Shown: positions 31,103-40,723, counted from the stretch's first letter. The stretch: DNA of 64,000 nt from Candidatus Omnitrophota bacterium (GCA_043808175.1 JAZDFE010000007.1:16099-80098), one strand, 5' to 3'. The notes: generated from the sequence alone by a model not told the origin. Made by a program: numbers and translations.

Positions 31103-32099
31103 TCCGACGAGCGGAGTTCTCTCCGCGCTTCTTTCTCTTGCGGCATGGGGGTACGGGCTCGGGGTCCGGACATTTCGCTGGCTTTATGAGAACAAGGTGT
31201 TGGCGCGCAAACGTCTTCCGTATCCGGTCGTCAGTGTCGGCAATCTGACTTGGGGCGGCACGGGGAAAACGCCTTTTGTGGAATACCTCGCGCGCAAGAT
31301 CGGTATACACCGGCGCGTGCCTCTGGTCCTCACGCGCGGCTACAGTCATGATGAGGCCTTGGAACTTCAGAATCATCTTCCGACCGCGGTGATCGGCGTC
31401 GGCAAGGATCGCGCGAAGGTCGCCGAGCGCGTCAAAACGGAAAAACGGCATGTGGATATCGCCATCCTCGACGACGGACTTCAGCATCAGATCCTTCAAC
31501 GGGACGTCGATATCGTGGTCGTCAACTCCTTGAACCCTTTTGGCAACGGAAAGCTCATTCCGCGCGGCATTTTGCGCGAACCTCTTACCGTCTTGAAGCG
31601 TGCGGCCATCATCGTGCTAACTCACGTGAATCTCGTAAGTCCCGAGGAGCTGGGGAAGCTCAAGGAAAAGATCAAGACCCTGGCACCTCAGGCGCAAATG
31701 GTCGAGACCCTCATGGTAGTGTTGTTCCTTTATCGCGCCAAGAGCTAGGTTCTGACGGCGATCGAGAAGATGACCGGCCGGCGCGTCGCAACTTTCGCAG
31801 CGGTAGGAACACCTAGGTCCTTCCAGCTCGTCTTGCAGCGTTTTCAACTCAAGACCGTCCGGAACTTTGAATTTCTGGATCACTATGAATATACGAAGAA
31901 AGATCTTTTGAAGATCAAGGAAGTCGCGCAGTCGGCCGGCGCCGAGGAGATCATCACAACGGAAAAGGATTTTTACCGTTCCCGCGGGTTAATCACGGAG
32001 ATGCTGAATCCGCTGGTTCTTGCCGCGCGGCTCCGGGTCGTGTCGGGAGAGGAAATCCTCACCGACCGGCTTTTCCGTTTATTAGGAGTGAGAAATTAA
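31050..32099 (+). pseudogene. lpxK: Lipid A 4'-kinase interrupted by one in-frame TAG (31746-31748); pseudogene, split gene, readthrough or sequence error
   Basis: VGNLTWGGTGKTP, LDDGLQH, GILRE before the stop; FLDHYEY and TTEKD after it; both ORFs in the same frame. Confidence 0.8.
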
Positions 32100-34048
32100 T
32101 GGAAGATCTGCTCGATCGGACCGCTTATCTTGTGGCCCGCATGCTCATTTTTCTTTTTGGCCAAATCCCGCTTGCCGCGGGTCTTCGGATAGGCGATTTT
32201 TTAGGGCACTGTGTGTTTTTTGTCTCAAAAAAACGGCGCATTGCTTATATCAATCTGAAAACGGCGCTTGGAAGCCAATTAACGCCGGCCGAGCGCTGGA
32301 AAACCGTGCGCGATCATTTTGGATTTATGGGGCAATCGGTCGTGGAGGTGATGTCCTTTAAGCGGATGAAACGCAAGCATCACGATCTTAACGTCAAAAC
32401 CCATGACCTCGAGCGGTACGAAGCGCTTCTTCGTTCGGGACACGGCGGCGTTCTGATCACCGCTCATTTCGGGAACTGGGAGCTTCTTCAGGTCTGGTCC
32501 GGGCTTCGCGGTACGCCGATCCATATGCTGACACGCGAGCAGAAATATCCGAGACTCAACGGATTGATCAACGAGCTTCGCGAAAGCCATGGTTCGGTTT
32601 CTATCAGCCGGGGTGCCGGCATCCGTGGGCTGATTCGGGCGCTCCGGGAGGAAAAAATGATTGGGGTCCTGGGCGACCAGTCCGCCGGTAAGACCGAGGG
32701 GATCATCTTGCCGTTCTTGGGCCGGAGGACTACGGTCCCGACTGGGGCCTTCCAGCTGGCTCACCGTACGGATGCCTTGATTATGCCATTTTTTATCGTA
32801 AGGACCGGAGGCCCGGAGCACGAGGTTTATGCCGGGGAAGTTCTGAAAGACGATCCCTCTCTCGCGCCGCAGGCGCGTGTCGAGTTTCAAGCCCGGCAAT
32901 ACCTGAAGGTGCTCGAAGGTTTTATCCGGAAATTTCCGAACCAATGGCTCTGGGAGAACAAACGGTGGAAATACTGTTGGGACAGGAAGATCGTGATCCT
33001 CTCGGACGGCAAGGCCGGGCATTTCAAACAATCCGAGGTTGTGGCGGAAATGCTTGCAGGTTTCAAAGAATTTCACGGACGCCCCGGTCTTAAGTTTGAA
33101 ACGGAAGAGATCCACGTGGAATACCGCTCGGCGCTCCACCGGACGGCTTTATTCTTGACGGCACTTTTGATGAAACCCTGGATCCAGGGAAGACTTCACT
33201 GGCTCGCGCGCTTTTTTACGCCGGAAACTCAAAAGGCGATCGAACAAGCGAACGCGGATTTCATTATTGCGGCGGGTTCCGGGCTCGCGCCGCTTCAGAG
33301 GCTTCTCGCTCAAGAGACCGGCGCGAAGTCGATCGTGATCATGAACCCGCCCTTTCCTTATTCCGTGACGAATTATGATCTCGCGATCGTGCCGGCGCAT
33401 GATGGTGGCAGGGTCCCTAAACGGACGTTCCGCTGCGTGATCATGCCGAGCGGTTACAAGACTTCGGATCGCGAGGAGGATGTGAAACAGCTGCAAGCAA
33501 AACTGGGCGAAGGGGTTCGGCCGACCCTGGCGGTGTTTCTCGGCGGCGCAACACGAAATTATGATCTGACGGTCTCGGACGCGGAAAAACTTTGCTCGAC
33601 CTTAAAGCGTGCCAGCTCGCGCGCGGGAGACTACATGATCACCACGTCGCGGCGGACTTCCGTGCATGTGGAACGATTTCTGAAGAACGCGCTCGCGCGG
33701 GATCCGGCCTGCCGGTTTCTTATGATCGCGAATGAAGACAATCCGTCTTATGCGGCGGGCGGTATGTTAGGGCTCGCGGACCTCCTGATCGTGACGGAGG
33801 ACAGTCTCGCCATGATCTCGGAAGCTGTGGGAACGGGTAAACGCGTGATCGTGCTTAGCCTCGGGGAAGGAGAGCTTCCCAAAAAGCATTACCGTTTTCA
33901 TCAGATCCTTGTCCAACGGGGACTCGTGACCTTGAGTGGTCTGGCGGACCTGGAAAAGAATATCACAGGACTTCTTAAAAAGCCGGCCACGCCAGTCCTT
34001 CAACGTGAAAAAGACGCGCTCATCGAACGGTTGGGAGCTTTAATATGA
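32099..34048 (+). CDS. Fusion: LpxL/HtrB-type lipid A acyltransferase + ELM1/GtrOC1-like putative glycosyltransferase
   Basis: AHFGNWE, GDQ, P.QWLW..KRWK; then SDGKAGH..QS, TTSRRT, VTEDS.AMISEA. Confidence 0.8.
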   Translation: MEDLLDRTAYLVARMLIFLFGQIPLAAGLRIGDFLGHCVFFVSKKRRIAYINLKTALGSQLTPAERWKTVRDHFGFMGQSVVEVMSFKRMKRKHHDLNVKTHDLERYEALLRSGHGGVLITAHFGNWELLQVWSGLRGTPIHMLTREQKYPRLNGLINELRESHGSVSISRGAGIRGLIRALREEKMIGVLGDQSAGKTEGIILPFLGRRTTVPTGAFQLAHRTDALIMPFFIVRTGGPEHEVYAGEVLKDDPSLAPQARVEFQARQYLKVLEGFIRKFPNQWLWENKRWKYCWDRKIVILSDGKAGHFKQSEVVAEMLAGFKEFHGRPGLKFETEEIHVEYRSALHRTALFLTALLMKPWIQGRLHWLARFFTPETQKAIEQANADFIIAAGSGLAPLQRLLAQETGAKSIVIMNPPFPYSVTNYDLAIVPAHDGGRVPKRTFRCVIMPSGYKTSDREEDVKQLQAKLGEGVRPTLAVFLGGATRNYDLTVSDAEKLCSTLKRASSRAGDYMITTSRRTSVHVERFLKNALARDPACRFLMIANEDNPSYAAGGMLGLADLLIVTEDSLAMISEAVGTGKRVIVLSLGEGELPKKHYRFHQILVQRGLVTLSGLADLEKNITGLLKKPATPVLQREKDALIERLGALI

Positions 34049-36141
34049 AGGTGATGCAGCTCTTGCCGGCGCTTGAGCTCGGCGGGACCGAGCGCGGGGT
34101 GGTGGATCTTGCGAAAGCCATGAAAAAAGAAGGGCACGCGACCCTGGTCGTTTCATCCGGCGGGGCGCTTGTGGCCGAACTCCAGAAGATCGGGATCCCG
34201 CATTACGGGCTACCCGTGCATCAGAAATCTCTGGCGAGTTTATTCCTGGTCGAAGAGCTGGTGAAGATCATCCAGCGGGAGCGCGTGGACATCATTCACG
34301 CCCGCAGCCGCGTCCCGGCCTGGCTCGGGTGGCTCGCGGCCCGCAAGACCGGCATTCCGTTCATCACGACCTGCCACGGACATTATTCTGTTCATCCGAT
34401 GAGCTTTGTCATGGGGTGGGGGAAGCGTGTGATCGTGGCATCGCATGCCATCGGCCGGAGAATGATCGATGAATTTCATGTTCCGCCGGACAGGATCCGT
34501 TTGGTCCCGCGCGGTGTGGATCTTTCACAGTTCACATTCTCATTCGCGAAATTCGAAAAGCACAAGGGGCCGATGAGGATCATCCATATCGGACGGTTCT
34601 CGCCGGCCAAAGGCCAGGTGGAATTCCTTAAGGCCGTTCATTTATTGCGTAGCCGGCTCCCTCATTTTGAAGTTTGGATCGTCGGCTCCGAAGCCCGCGG
34701 CAGGCACCGTTACACAGATCTGATGAAAAAAACGGTGCAACAGTTCGGGCTTGAGACCTGCGTCAAGATCCTCCCGCCGACGCGTGACGTCGCAGGACTT
34801 TTGGCCCAGTCCGATCTTCTGGTGCTTTCCTCGCTGATCCCGGAGCCTTTTGGGCGGGTGGTCATTGAGGCCGGTGCCGTGGGAACCCCTGTGGTCGCGA
34901 CCTGGTTGGGCGGCGTGCGGGATATTATTGATCACAACGAGACAGGCCTTCTATTCCCTCCAAGAAATATTCCCGCGATGGCCGAGGCCATGTACGAACT
35001 TTTGACGGACCGGGAAAAGGCCAAAGCATTCGCGGTAAAGCTTCGAAAAAAAGTAGAAGAGCAATTTAATCTGGAACAAATGGTCCGGAAAACGCTCGAG
35101 ATCTATGAGGAAGTCCGCAAGCGGCGGAGGATCCTCGTGATCAAGCTTGGGGCCATGGGAGATCTCATCCTGGTCGTGCCGAGTTTAAGGATGCTCAAGG
35201 AGCGCTTCCCGGATGCGGTGATCACGCTCCTGGTCGATCGCAAACTCGCGCCGATCGTGTCGGCATGTCCTTACCTGGACGATATGATCCTGGTGGACCG
35301 GAAAAAACTTTCGAACATTTTTTATCTTTTAAAGACCGCCCGGCGCATCCGCCGGGAAGGATTTGACATGTCCATCGATCTCCATAACAACAAATGGACG
35401 CATCTTCTGGCGTATCTCGGCGGCGCGGTCCAGCGTTTCGGTTTTGAGCGCGGGAGATGGGGATGGCTTTTGAACCGTCCCGACAGGACCTTTGAGGTCG
35501 GGGATTCGCCTCTCCGCCATCAATTCCGGGTGCTGTCCAAGGCCGGGGTCATCAAATTCGATGACATGTTGGAGCTTTGGGTGAAATCCGAGAGCCTTGA
35601 AAAAGCACGCCAGATGATCGGTACGCTCGAGCCCAAAGAATCTACCCGGATCGTCGGGTTCGTGATGGGGTCCAGCCCCAACTGGCCGAGCAAACGCTGG
35701 CCTTCGGAGCATTTTGTCGATTTGGCAAAAAGGCTCTTTGAAAAATATGACGCGCGGATCGTCCTTATCGGCTCTCCTGAAGAAACGGATCTCGGGACTC
35801 CTTTTTATTCTTTCGGGTCCGGCAAGATCCTCGATCTCATCGGGAAAACAGCGTTGGAGGAACTGCCGGCTTTTTTCAAACAGCTTCATTTGGTGGTAAC
35901 AGGGGATACGGCGCCGCTTCACATGGCTGCGGCCATGAATGTCCCGGTCGTGGCCTTGTTTGGCCCGACGGACGCCAAACGTCATATTCCTCCCGGAAAA
36001 AAGATCGACGCGCTCTCACATCATCTGCCATGCCAGCCCTGCTACGAGGGTGTCTGCAAAGCCAAAGAAACGAAGGCCTGTCTTACGCATATTTCCGTGG
36101 AAGAAGTTTTCGAACATTGCCAAAGAGCGCTCGTGCCATGA
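34045..36141 (+). CDS. Fusion: GT4 + GT9 glycosyltransferase
   Basis: GGTERG, HARSRVPAW, EPFGRV..EA; then IKLGAMGDL, KRWP, GDTAPLHMA, LFGPT. Confidence 0.88.
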   Translation: MKVMQLLPALELGGTERGVVDLAKAMKKEGHATLVVSSGGALVAELQKIGIPHYGLPVHQKSLASLFLVEELVKIIQRERVDIIHARSRVPAWLGWLAARKTGIPFITTCHGHYSVHPMSFVMGWGKRVIVASHAIGRRMIDEFHVPPDRIRLVPRGVDLSQFTFSFAKFEKHKGPMRIIHIGRFSPAKGQVEFLKAVHLLRSRLPHFEVWIVGSEARGRHRYTDLMKKTVQQFGLETCVKILPPTRDVAGLLAQSDLLVLSSLIPEPFGRVVIEAGAVGTPVVATWLGGVRDIIDHNETGLLFPPRNIPAMAEAMYELLTDREKAKAFAVKLRKKVEEQFNLEQMVRKTLEIYEEVRKRRRILVIKLGAMGDLILVVPSLRMLKERFPDAVITLLVDRKLAPIVSACPYLDDMILVDRKKLSNIFYLLKTARRIRREGFDMSIDLHNNKWTHLLAYLGGAVQRFGFERGRWGWLLNRPDRTFEVGDSPLRHQFRVLSKAGVIKFDDMLELWVKSESLEKARQMIGTLEPKESTRIVGFVMGSSPNWPSKRWPSEHFVDLAKRLFEKYDARIVLIGSPEETDLGTPFYSFGSGKILDLIGKTALEELPAFFKQLHLVVTGDTAPLHMAAAMNVPVVALFGPTDAKRHIPPGKKIDALSHHLPCQPCYEGVCKAKETKACLTHISVEEVFEHCQRALVP

Positions 36142-36304
36142 TTTTCCTTAATCAAAAAAATAAATGGGTGATCATGATAGCCCAAACTTTTCATTTATTT
36201 TCCAAAACGGTAGTTTGGACAGCCCCAATTTCAACTCCGTTGAAATTGATAGATATTGGGACAGTCCAAGTCACCATCCATGAAGAACAAAGGAAGACTT
36301 GGGC
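36135..36304. repeat. Tandem array of four hairpin modules (last three at 42-bp period)
   Basis: Units start at 36135, 36180, 36222, 36264; 9-bp stems with 26/23/23/23-nt loops. Confidence 0.85.
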
Positions 36305-36307
36305 GCT

Positions 36308-37330
36308 ATGAAGATCCTCGCCGTGATGAAAAATTGGCTTGGGGACCTGCTTTTCCAGATGCCCGCGCTAGATTTGATCAAACAAAAATACCCCGAAGCC
36401 TCGATCGTTTGTATCGCACCCGAAAGGTGCCGGGAAATCCTCGAGGCTTACCCGGTGGTTTCGGAGGTCCTGAGCTTTGACGAAAAAAGCACGCACCGTT
36501 CCTGGCTCGCGAGAATGCGATTCGTTCTGGAACTGAGAAAGCGCGGACCCTGGGACCAGGGCTATCTCTTTCATCGTTCCCGTTCGCGAGCGGCGTTTCT
36601 CGCGCTCGCTGGAGTGAAAGAACGCATCGGTTACGGAAAAGGGAGAAAAGGATTCTTGTCGTGGGCGGTCGAAGAGCCCGCGTTGCCGATGCACCAGCTG
36701 GATTATTTTTTTAATATGATGAAAAGGGCCGGATTTGAGCTTCCCGCGGAAAGGGAATACCGGTTTTTTTACAAAGAAGAAGATGAACAAGTCGCGGGTG
36801 AGATTCTCGAGATGTATGGTATCGGAAAGAGCACGAAATACATTTGCTTTCATTTAGGTGCGAATTGGGAGCCCAAGCGCTGGCCGGTCGCGCATTTTGC
36901 CGCGCTCGCAGAGAAGATCGAAGCGAAATGGCAACTTCCGGTCGTAGTAACCGGCTCTCAAAATGACGAGCCCCTCTTTGAAGATTTCCTATCCAGGGTC
37001 CGTCGTGCGAAGATCATTTCTTTGATCGGAAAAACAGGACTACGCATTTCCGCCGTGATCTACAAGCATGCGGGATGTCTTGTGACCGGAGATTCCGGGC
37101 CTATGCACATCGCTTCCGGAGTCGGCGCCCCGGTCGTTGCCCTTTTTGGTCCCACGGACCCGAAACTCACCGGACCCCGCGGGAGAGGCGAGAGCATCGT
37201 GTTGCAATATGTTCCGTCAGGTTACATGGTCCCTTTTTTCGGCAAGGAACTTCCGGCAGAAGGCTGGCTTTCGCGCATCACTCCGAAGGAGGTTTTGAAT
37301 GCGGTCGAGAAAATCTTGAGAAAAACATGA
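36308..37330 (+). CDS. GT9 heptosyltransferase (WaaF-like)
   Basis: NWLGD, KRWP..HFA, GDSGPMHIA, LFGPT. Confidence 0.88.
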   Translation: MKILAVMKNWLGDLLFQMPALDLIKQKYPEASIVCIAPERCREILEAYPVVSEVLSFDEKSTHRSWLARMRFVLELRKRGPWDQGYLFHRSRSRAAFLALAGVKERIGYGKGRKGFLSWAVEEPALPMHQLDYFFNMMKRAGFELPAEREYRFFYKEEDEQVAGEILEMYGIGKSTKYICFHLGANWEPKRWPVAHFAALAEKIEAKWQLPVVVTGSQNDEPLFEDFLSRVRRAKIISLIGKTGLRISAVIYKHAGCLVTGDSGPMHIASGVGAPVVALFGPTDPKLTGPRGRGESIVLQYVPSGYMVPFFGKELPAEGWLSRITPKEVLNAVEKILRKT

Positions 37331-38289
37331 ATATTCTTGTCGTGACGTTGAGCAATTTCGGGGACGTGATCCTGACGACCCCCGTGATCATGGCACTTGC
37401 CCGGAAATATCCCGAGGCTCGGATCACGGTGGTGGTGGGGCCGCGCGCGAGAAGTGTTCTTCAGAGAAGCCCCGATATCCATAAGATCGTGATCTACGAC
37501 AAGAAGGCTTCTTTCCTGGAAAAATTAAAATTCATCGCAGAACTTCGCAAAGTAAAATATCACTGCGTCGTGGACCTGCGTAATACCGCCATTCCGTTCC
37601 TGGTCTCCTGCGGCAAGAAAACCCCTCTTTTCAGGAAATTCACCAAGGTCAACATGCGGGATCGTCACCTCGAAATGCTCGCGACAGTGGAACCCGGCAT
37701 TCCCCATCCCTCTCCTTTTCATTTTTTTAACCAAGAGGATGAGATCTTTGCGATGCGCACTCTGGATGCTGCGGGGATCACGGAAAAGAAAGGATGGATC
37801 CTGGTGGCGGCAGGGGCGGCCAGCGAGAGAAAACGGTGGCCGGTTCAATCCTTTAAGGAAGTGATCCAAGCGCTTCACGAGAGGACCGGCAAGAAGATCC
37901 TCCTGGTGGGAACCCTTAATGAAAGACCGGTGGCCGACAGCATTCTGAAAAAACTTCCAGGAATCGTCGGGATCCTTTGCGGTGACCTTGTTTTGCCCGA
38001 GACGGCAGCGCTTATCGCGAACGCTTCGCTTGTGATCGCTAACGACAGCGCGATCATGCATCTTGGGTTCGAATTGGGCACGCCGACTGTCGGGATCTTC
38101 GGACCGACAGACCATGAGAAATACGGACACGAAGGTCCGAAATTCCGCATTGCGCGGGAAAAGGCCCAAGGTTGTGCCTGCAGGTCCGATCAATTGCCTC
38201 GCGCCGAGCGGAGTTGTTTTCACGGACTTAAACCCGAAAAAGTGATCGGACTTTCTTTGGAGCTTCTGAATGCCACTCAATCTTCCTGA
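37327..38289 (+). CDS. GT9 glycosyltransferase
   Basis: LSNFGDVILTTP, KRWP, NDSA.MH, IFGPT; ATG 37327 overlaps upstream stop. Confidence 0.88.
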   Translation: MNILVVTLSNFGDVILTTPVIMALARKYPEARITVVVGPRARSVLQRSPDIHKIVIYDKKASFLEKLKFIAELRKVKYHCVVDLRNTAIPFLVSCGKKTPLFRKFTKVNMRDRHLEMLATVEPGIPHPSPFHFFNQEDEIFAMRTLDAAGITEKKGWILVAAGAASERKRWPVQSFKEVIQALHERTGKKILLVGTLNERPVADSILKKLPGIVGILCGDLVLPETAALIANASLVIANDSAIMHLGFELGTPTVGIFGPTDHEKYGHEGPKFRIAREKAQGCACRSDQLPRAERSCFHGLKPEKVIGLSLELLNATQSS

Positions 38290-40666
38290 CACTCCGCGCA
38301 TTCTCATCACGCGCACCGATCGCATCGGGGACCTCGTCCTCACCACGCCGCTCTTCAAAGCCTTGCGGGAAAAATTCCCGAAAGCCTGGATCGCGGCGGT
38401 TGTGTTCCTCGAACACCGCGAAATCGTACAGGAAAATCCTTTTCTGGATGAGGTGATCCTCTATGATAAAAAAGGGAGCGAGCGCGGTCTTTGGGGGCAG
38501 TTCTGTTTTAGCCAAAAACTCCGGAACAAAAAATTTAATGTGGTGATCCATGCCCATGGTACGAACAGGATGCATCTTGCCGCGTGGTTCGCGGGGATCC
38601 CCCTGCGCATAGGTTACGCGCGCCGCGCGCCGTGGACGCTCACGCATGTTCATCCTTATAATAAAAAAGAAGGAAAAAAACAGGAGGCCGAATATCTCTT
38701 TGAGCTTCTGGATCTTTTGGGCGTGACCCCTCCCAAAGAGATCGAGACTTTTTTCCCCATCACGGACCGATCCGTCCGCTCTTTCGAGAGTTTGCGTGTG
38801 TTTCGCAAAATCCCGTACGATCGGCCCTGGATCGTTCTCAATCCCTCGGCGAGCGATGTGACCAAAATGTGGCCGGCGGAGCGCTTTGCCGAACTTGTGA
38901 CCCGGATCCAAAAGAATCATCCAAGCGTTTTTATTGCGATAGGGACCGTCCAGGACCGTTCTCTCATCGAAAGATTGATCAAAAACACTCCGGTTCCGGT
39001 CTTTGATCTGAGCGGAAGACTTTCCCTTGGAATGCTAGGCGCGCTTTTGAAGCGATCGGCCCTGCTTGTCTCCAACGATTCCGGGCCCGTGCATATCGCG
39101 ACGACGGTTGGCACGCCGGTGGTTTCCATTTTTGGGAGGTATGAGGCAGGTCTTGGGCCCAACCGCTGGCAACCGCTTGGGGAGCGTTCGCGCGTGGTCG
39201 CGAAGGATGTTTCGCGCATTCCGGAAGCCGTGCGGAAGTTCACCTACATCGATGAGATCACGGTGGATGAAGTTTTTCGGACCGCAAATGATCTATTGGG
39301 TAGTAGCGGCAAAAAGTTTTTGCGTGAAGAGGAGCCTTCCACGAAAGGGATATCGGGTGGAGGAGGGAGGATGGCAGAAACGGTTCCTCGCCATCCGCCA
39401 TCCGTCATCCGCCATCCGCAAAAGATCCGCAGGGTTTTGATCGTGCACCCCTACGGAATCGGGGATCTTCTCTTTGTGACGCCAGTTATGCGGGCGCTTC
39501 GTCTCGTCCCGACGGTCGAGACCGTCGATCTTCTTTTGGGATCCCGCACGCGGGAGGTCGTGGAGAATAATCCTCACATCAATGATATTTTCGTCGTGGA
39601 TAAGGACCGCGCTCATCGTCAGACTTGGCTCGAAAATCTTCGCGACCACTGGAAACTGGGCCGGAAACTCCGGGCCAAGCATTACGACCTGATCCTGGAT
39701 TATTCGCTGCAGCGCGAACATGCTTTTTGGGGTCGGTTCTTTCTCGGTATTCCGAAATGCGCGGGGTTTGCGTATAAAAAGCGCGCGACATTCCACAATA
39801 TCCGTTTTCCACTTCCAGAGGGGTTCTGGAAACGGCATGCCGTGGATTTTTATTGTGATCTTGCGGAGGCAGCCAGGATTCCCGTGGAAGACCGTTTTCT
39901 GGAATATTTTTTTCCCAAGCCCCATTCTCCATCAGAAGGATCAAAGGTTAATGGGACTAGCCCTGGCGACCTTTTAGGAAAAGAAAATAGATGCCAGGGC
40001 AAGCACGAATCTTTGATCGAAGCAGAGATTGCCGGAAAGTTAAAACTTCTGCCGGAACGTTTTCTCGCGGTCGCTCCCGGCGGCGGGGATTCGTGGGGGA
40101 AGGAAGCTTCTTTCAAGCGCTGGCCTGTGAAGTATTTCGCGGCATTGATCGAAAAACTTCAAATGGAACGAAACATCCGCGGCGTCGCCATCCTGGGCAG
40201 TCGTTCCGAGCGGGCGCTGTGTGAAGAATTGCAGGCGATGATCGAGCCCCATTCTCCATCAAAAGCATCAAAGGTTAATGGGACTAGTCCCGGCAACCTT
40301 TTAAGAAACGAAAATAGAAGTCAGGACAAGCCACCCTCAGTCGTGCTGGCGGGGGAGACAAGCCTCACGCAAACGGCCATGGTCCTCAAAAAGTCCGCGC
40401 TTTTTGTCGGCAACGACGGAGGCCTGGTTCATTTGGCGCATGCGCTTCATGTGCCGCTCCTGGCTTTTTACGGGCCCGTGCCGCCCGAAGTGTACGGACC
40501 CTACCCGCCATCGCCTGATGCGATCGCCATCTTCAAACGAGGATTAAAATGCCGTCCGTGTTACTACAAATTCCGCTATCATAAAAAGTGTCCAACGATC
40601 GCGTGTCTTACAGATTTAAAGCCGGAAGAGGCGCTTGAACAGACAAAGGGTCAGGTGCCTTTTTGA
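38270..40666 (+). CDS. Tandem GT9-GT9 glycosyltransferase with repeat-derived insertions
   Basis: RTDRIGDLVLTTP...NDSGPVHIA; HPYGIGDLLF.TP...KRWP...NDGGLVHLA..FYGP. Confidence 0.88.
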   Translation: MPLNLPDTPRILITRTDRIGDLVLTTPLFKALREKFPKAWIAAVVFLEHREIVQENPFLDEVILYDKKGSERGLWGQFCFSQKLRNKKFNVVIHAHGTNRMHLAAWFAGIPLRIGYARRAPWTLTHVHPYNKKEGKKQEAEYLFELLDLLGVTPPKEIETFFPITDRSVRSFESLRVFRKIPYDRPWIVLNPSASDVTKMWPAERFAELVTRIQKNHPSVFIAIGTVQDRSLIERLIKNTPVPVFDLSGRLSLGMLGALLKRSALLVSNDSGPVHIATTVGTPVVSIFGRYEAGLGPNRWQPLGERSRVVAKDVSRIPEAVRKFTYIDEITVDEVFRTANDLLGSSGKKFLREEEPSTKGISGGGGRMAETVPRHPPSVIRHPQKIRRVLIVHPYGIGDLLFVTPVMRALRLVPTVETVDLLLGSRTREVVENNPHINDIFVVDKDRAHRQTWLENLRDHWKLGRKLRAKHYDLILDYSLQREHAFWGRFFLGIPKCAGFAYKKRATFHNIRFPLPEGFWKRHAVDFYCDLAEAARIPVEDRFLEYFFPKPHSPSEGSKVNGTSPGDLLGKENRCQGKHESLIEAEIAGKLKLLPERFLAVAPGGGDSWGKEASFKRWPVKYFAALIEKLQMERNIRGVAILGSRSERALCEELQAMIEPHSPSKASKVNGTSPGNLLRNENRSQDKPPSVVLAGETSLTQTAMVLKKSALFVGNDGGLVHLAHALHVPLLAFYGPVPPEVYGPYPPSPDAIAIFKRGLKCRPCYYKFRYHKKCPTIACLTDLKPEEALEQTKGQVPF
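39350..39418. repeat. 7-bp-period inverted arms in the GT9-GT9 linker
   Basis: gggtgga ggaggga ggatggc ... ccatccg ccatccg tcatccg ccatccg; translates RHPPSVIRHP. Confidence 0.78.
39919..40002 (+). mobile_element. 84-bp two-hairpin element, copy 2, in frame
   Basis: CAAGC repeated 84 bp apart; stems cccatt/aatggg and gccctggcg/tgccagggc; 23-nt loops. Confidence 0.85.
40246..40329 (+). mobile_element. 84-bp two-hairpin element, copy 3, in frame
   Basis: AGCC repeated 84 bp apart; central GGGACTAGTCCC; 23-nt loops. Confidence 0.85.
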
Positions 40667-40687
40667 AAAAAGGTGTCCGATTCCTTT
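40644..40687. other. Imperfect hairpin overlapping the GT9-GT9 stop codon
   Basis: aaagggtcaggtgccttttt / aaaaaaggtgtccgattccttt with several G-U pairs. Confidence 0.4.
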
Positions 40688-40723
40688 AACAACACTTGAC
40701 GGAACTATCCGGAACTGATCCCC

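Noticed and set aside
31746-31748. Genome-wide TAG reassignment or pyrrolysine
   Set aside because: TAG is the evident stop of rplQ, aspC, rsmA and hpf; no pyl genes are seen in the window.
36135-36304. CRISPR array (regular 42-bp period)
   Set aside because: No identical direct repeats, units are in mixed orientation, and no cas genes are present; it is an array of hairpin modules.
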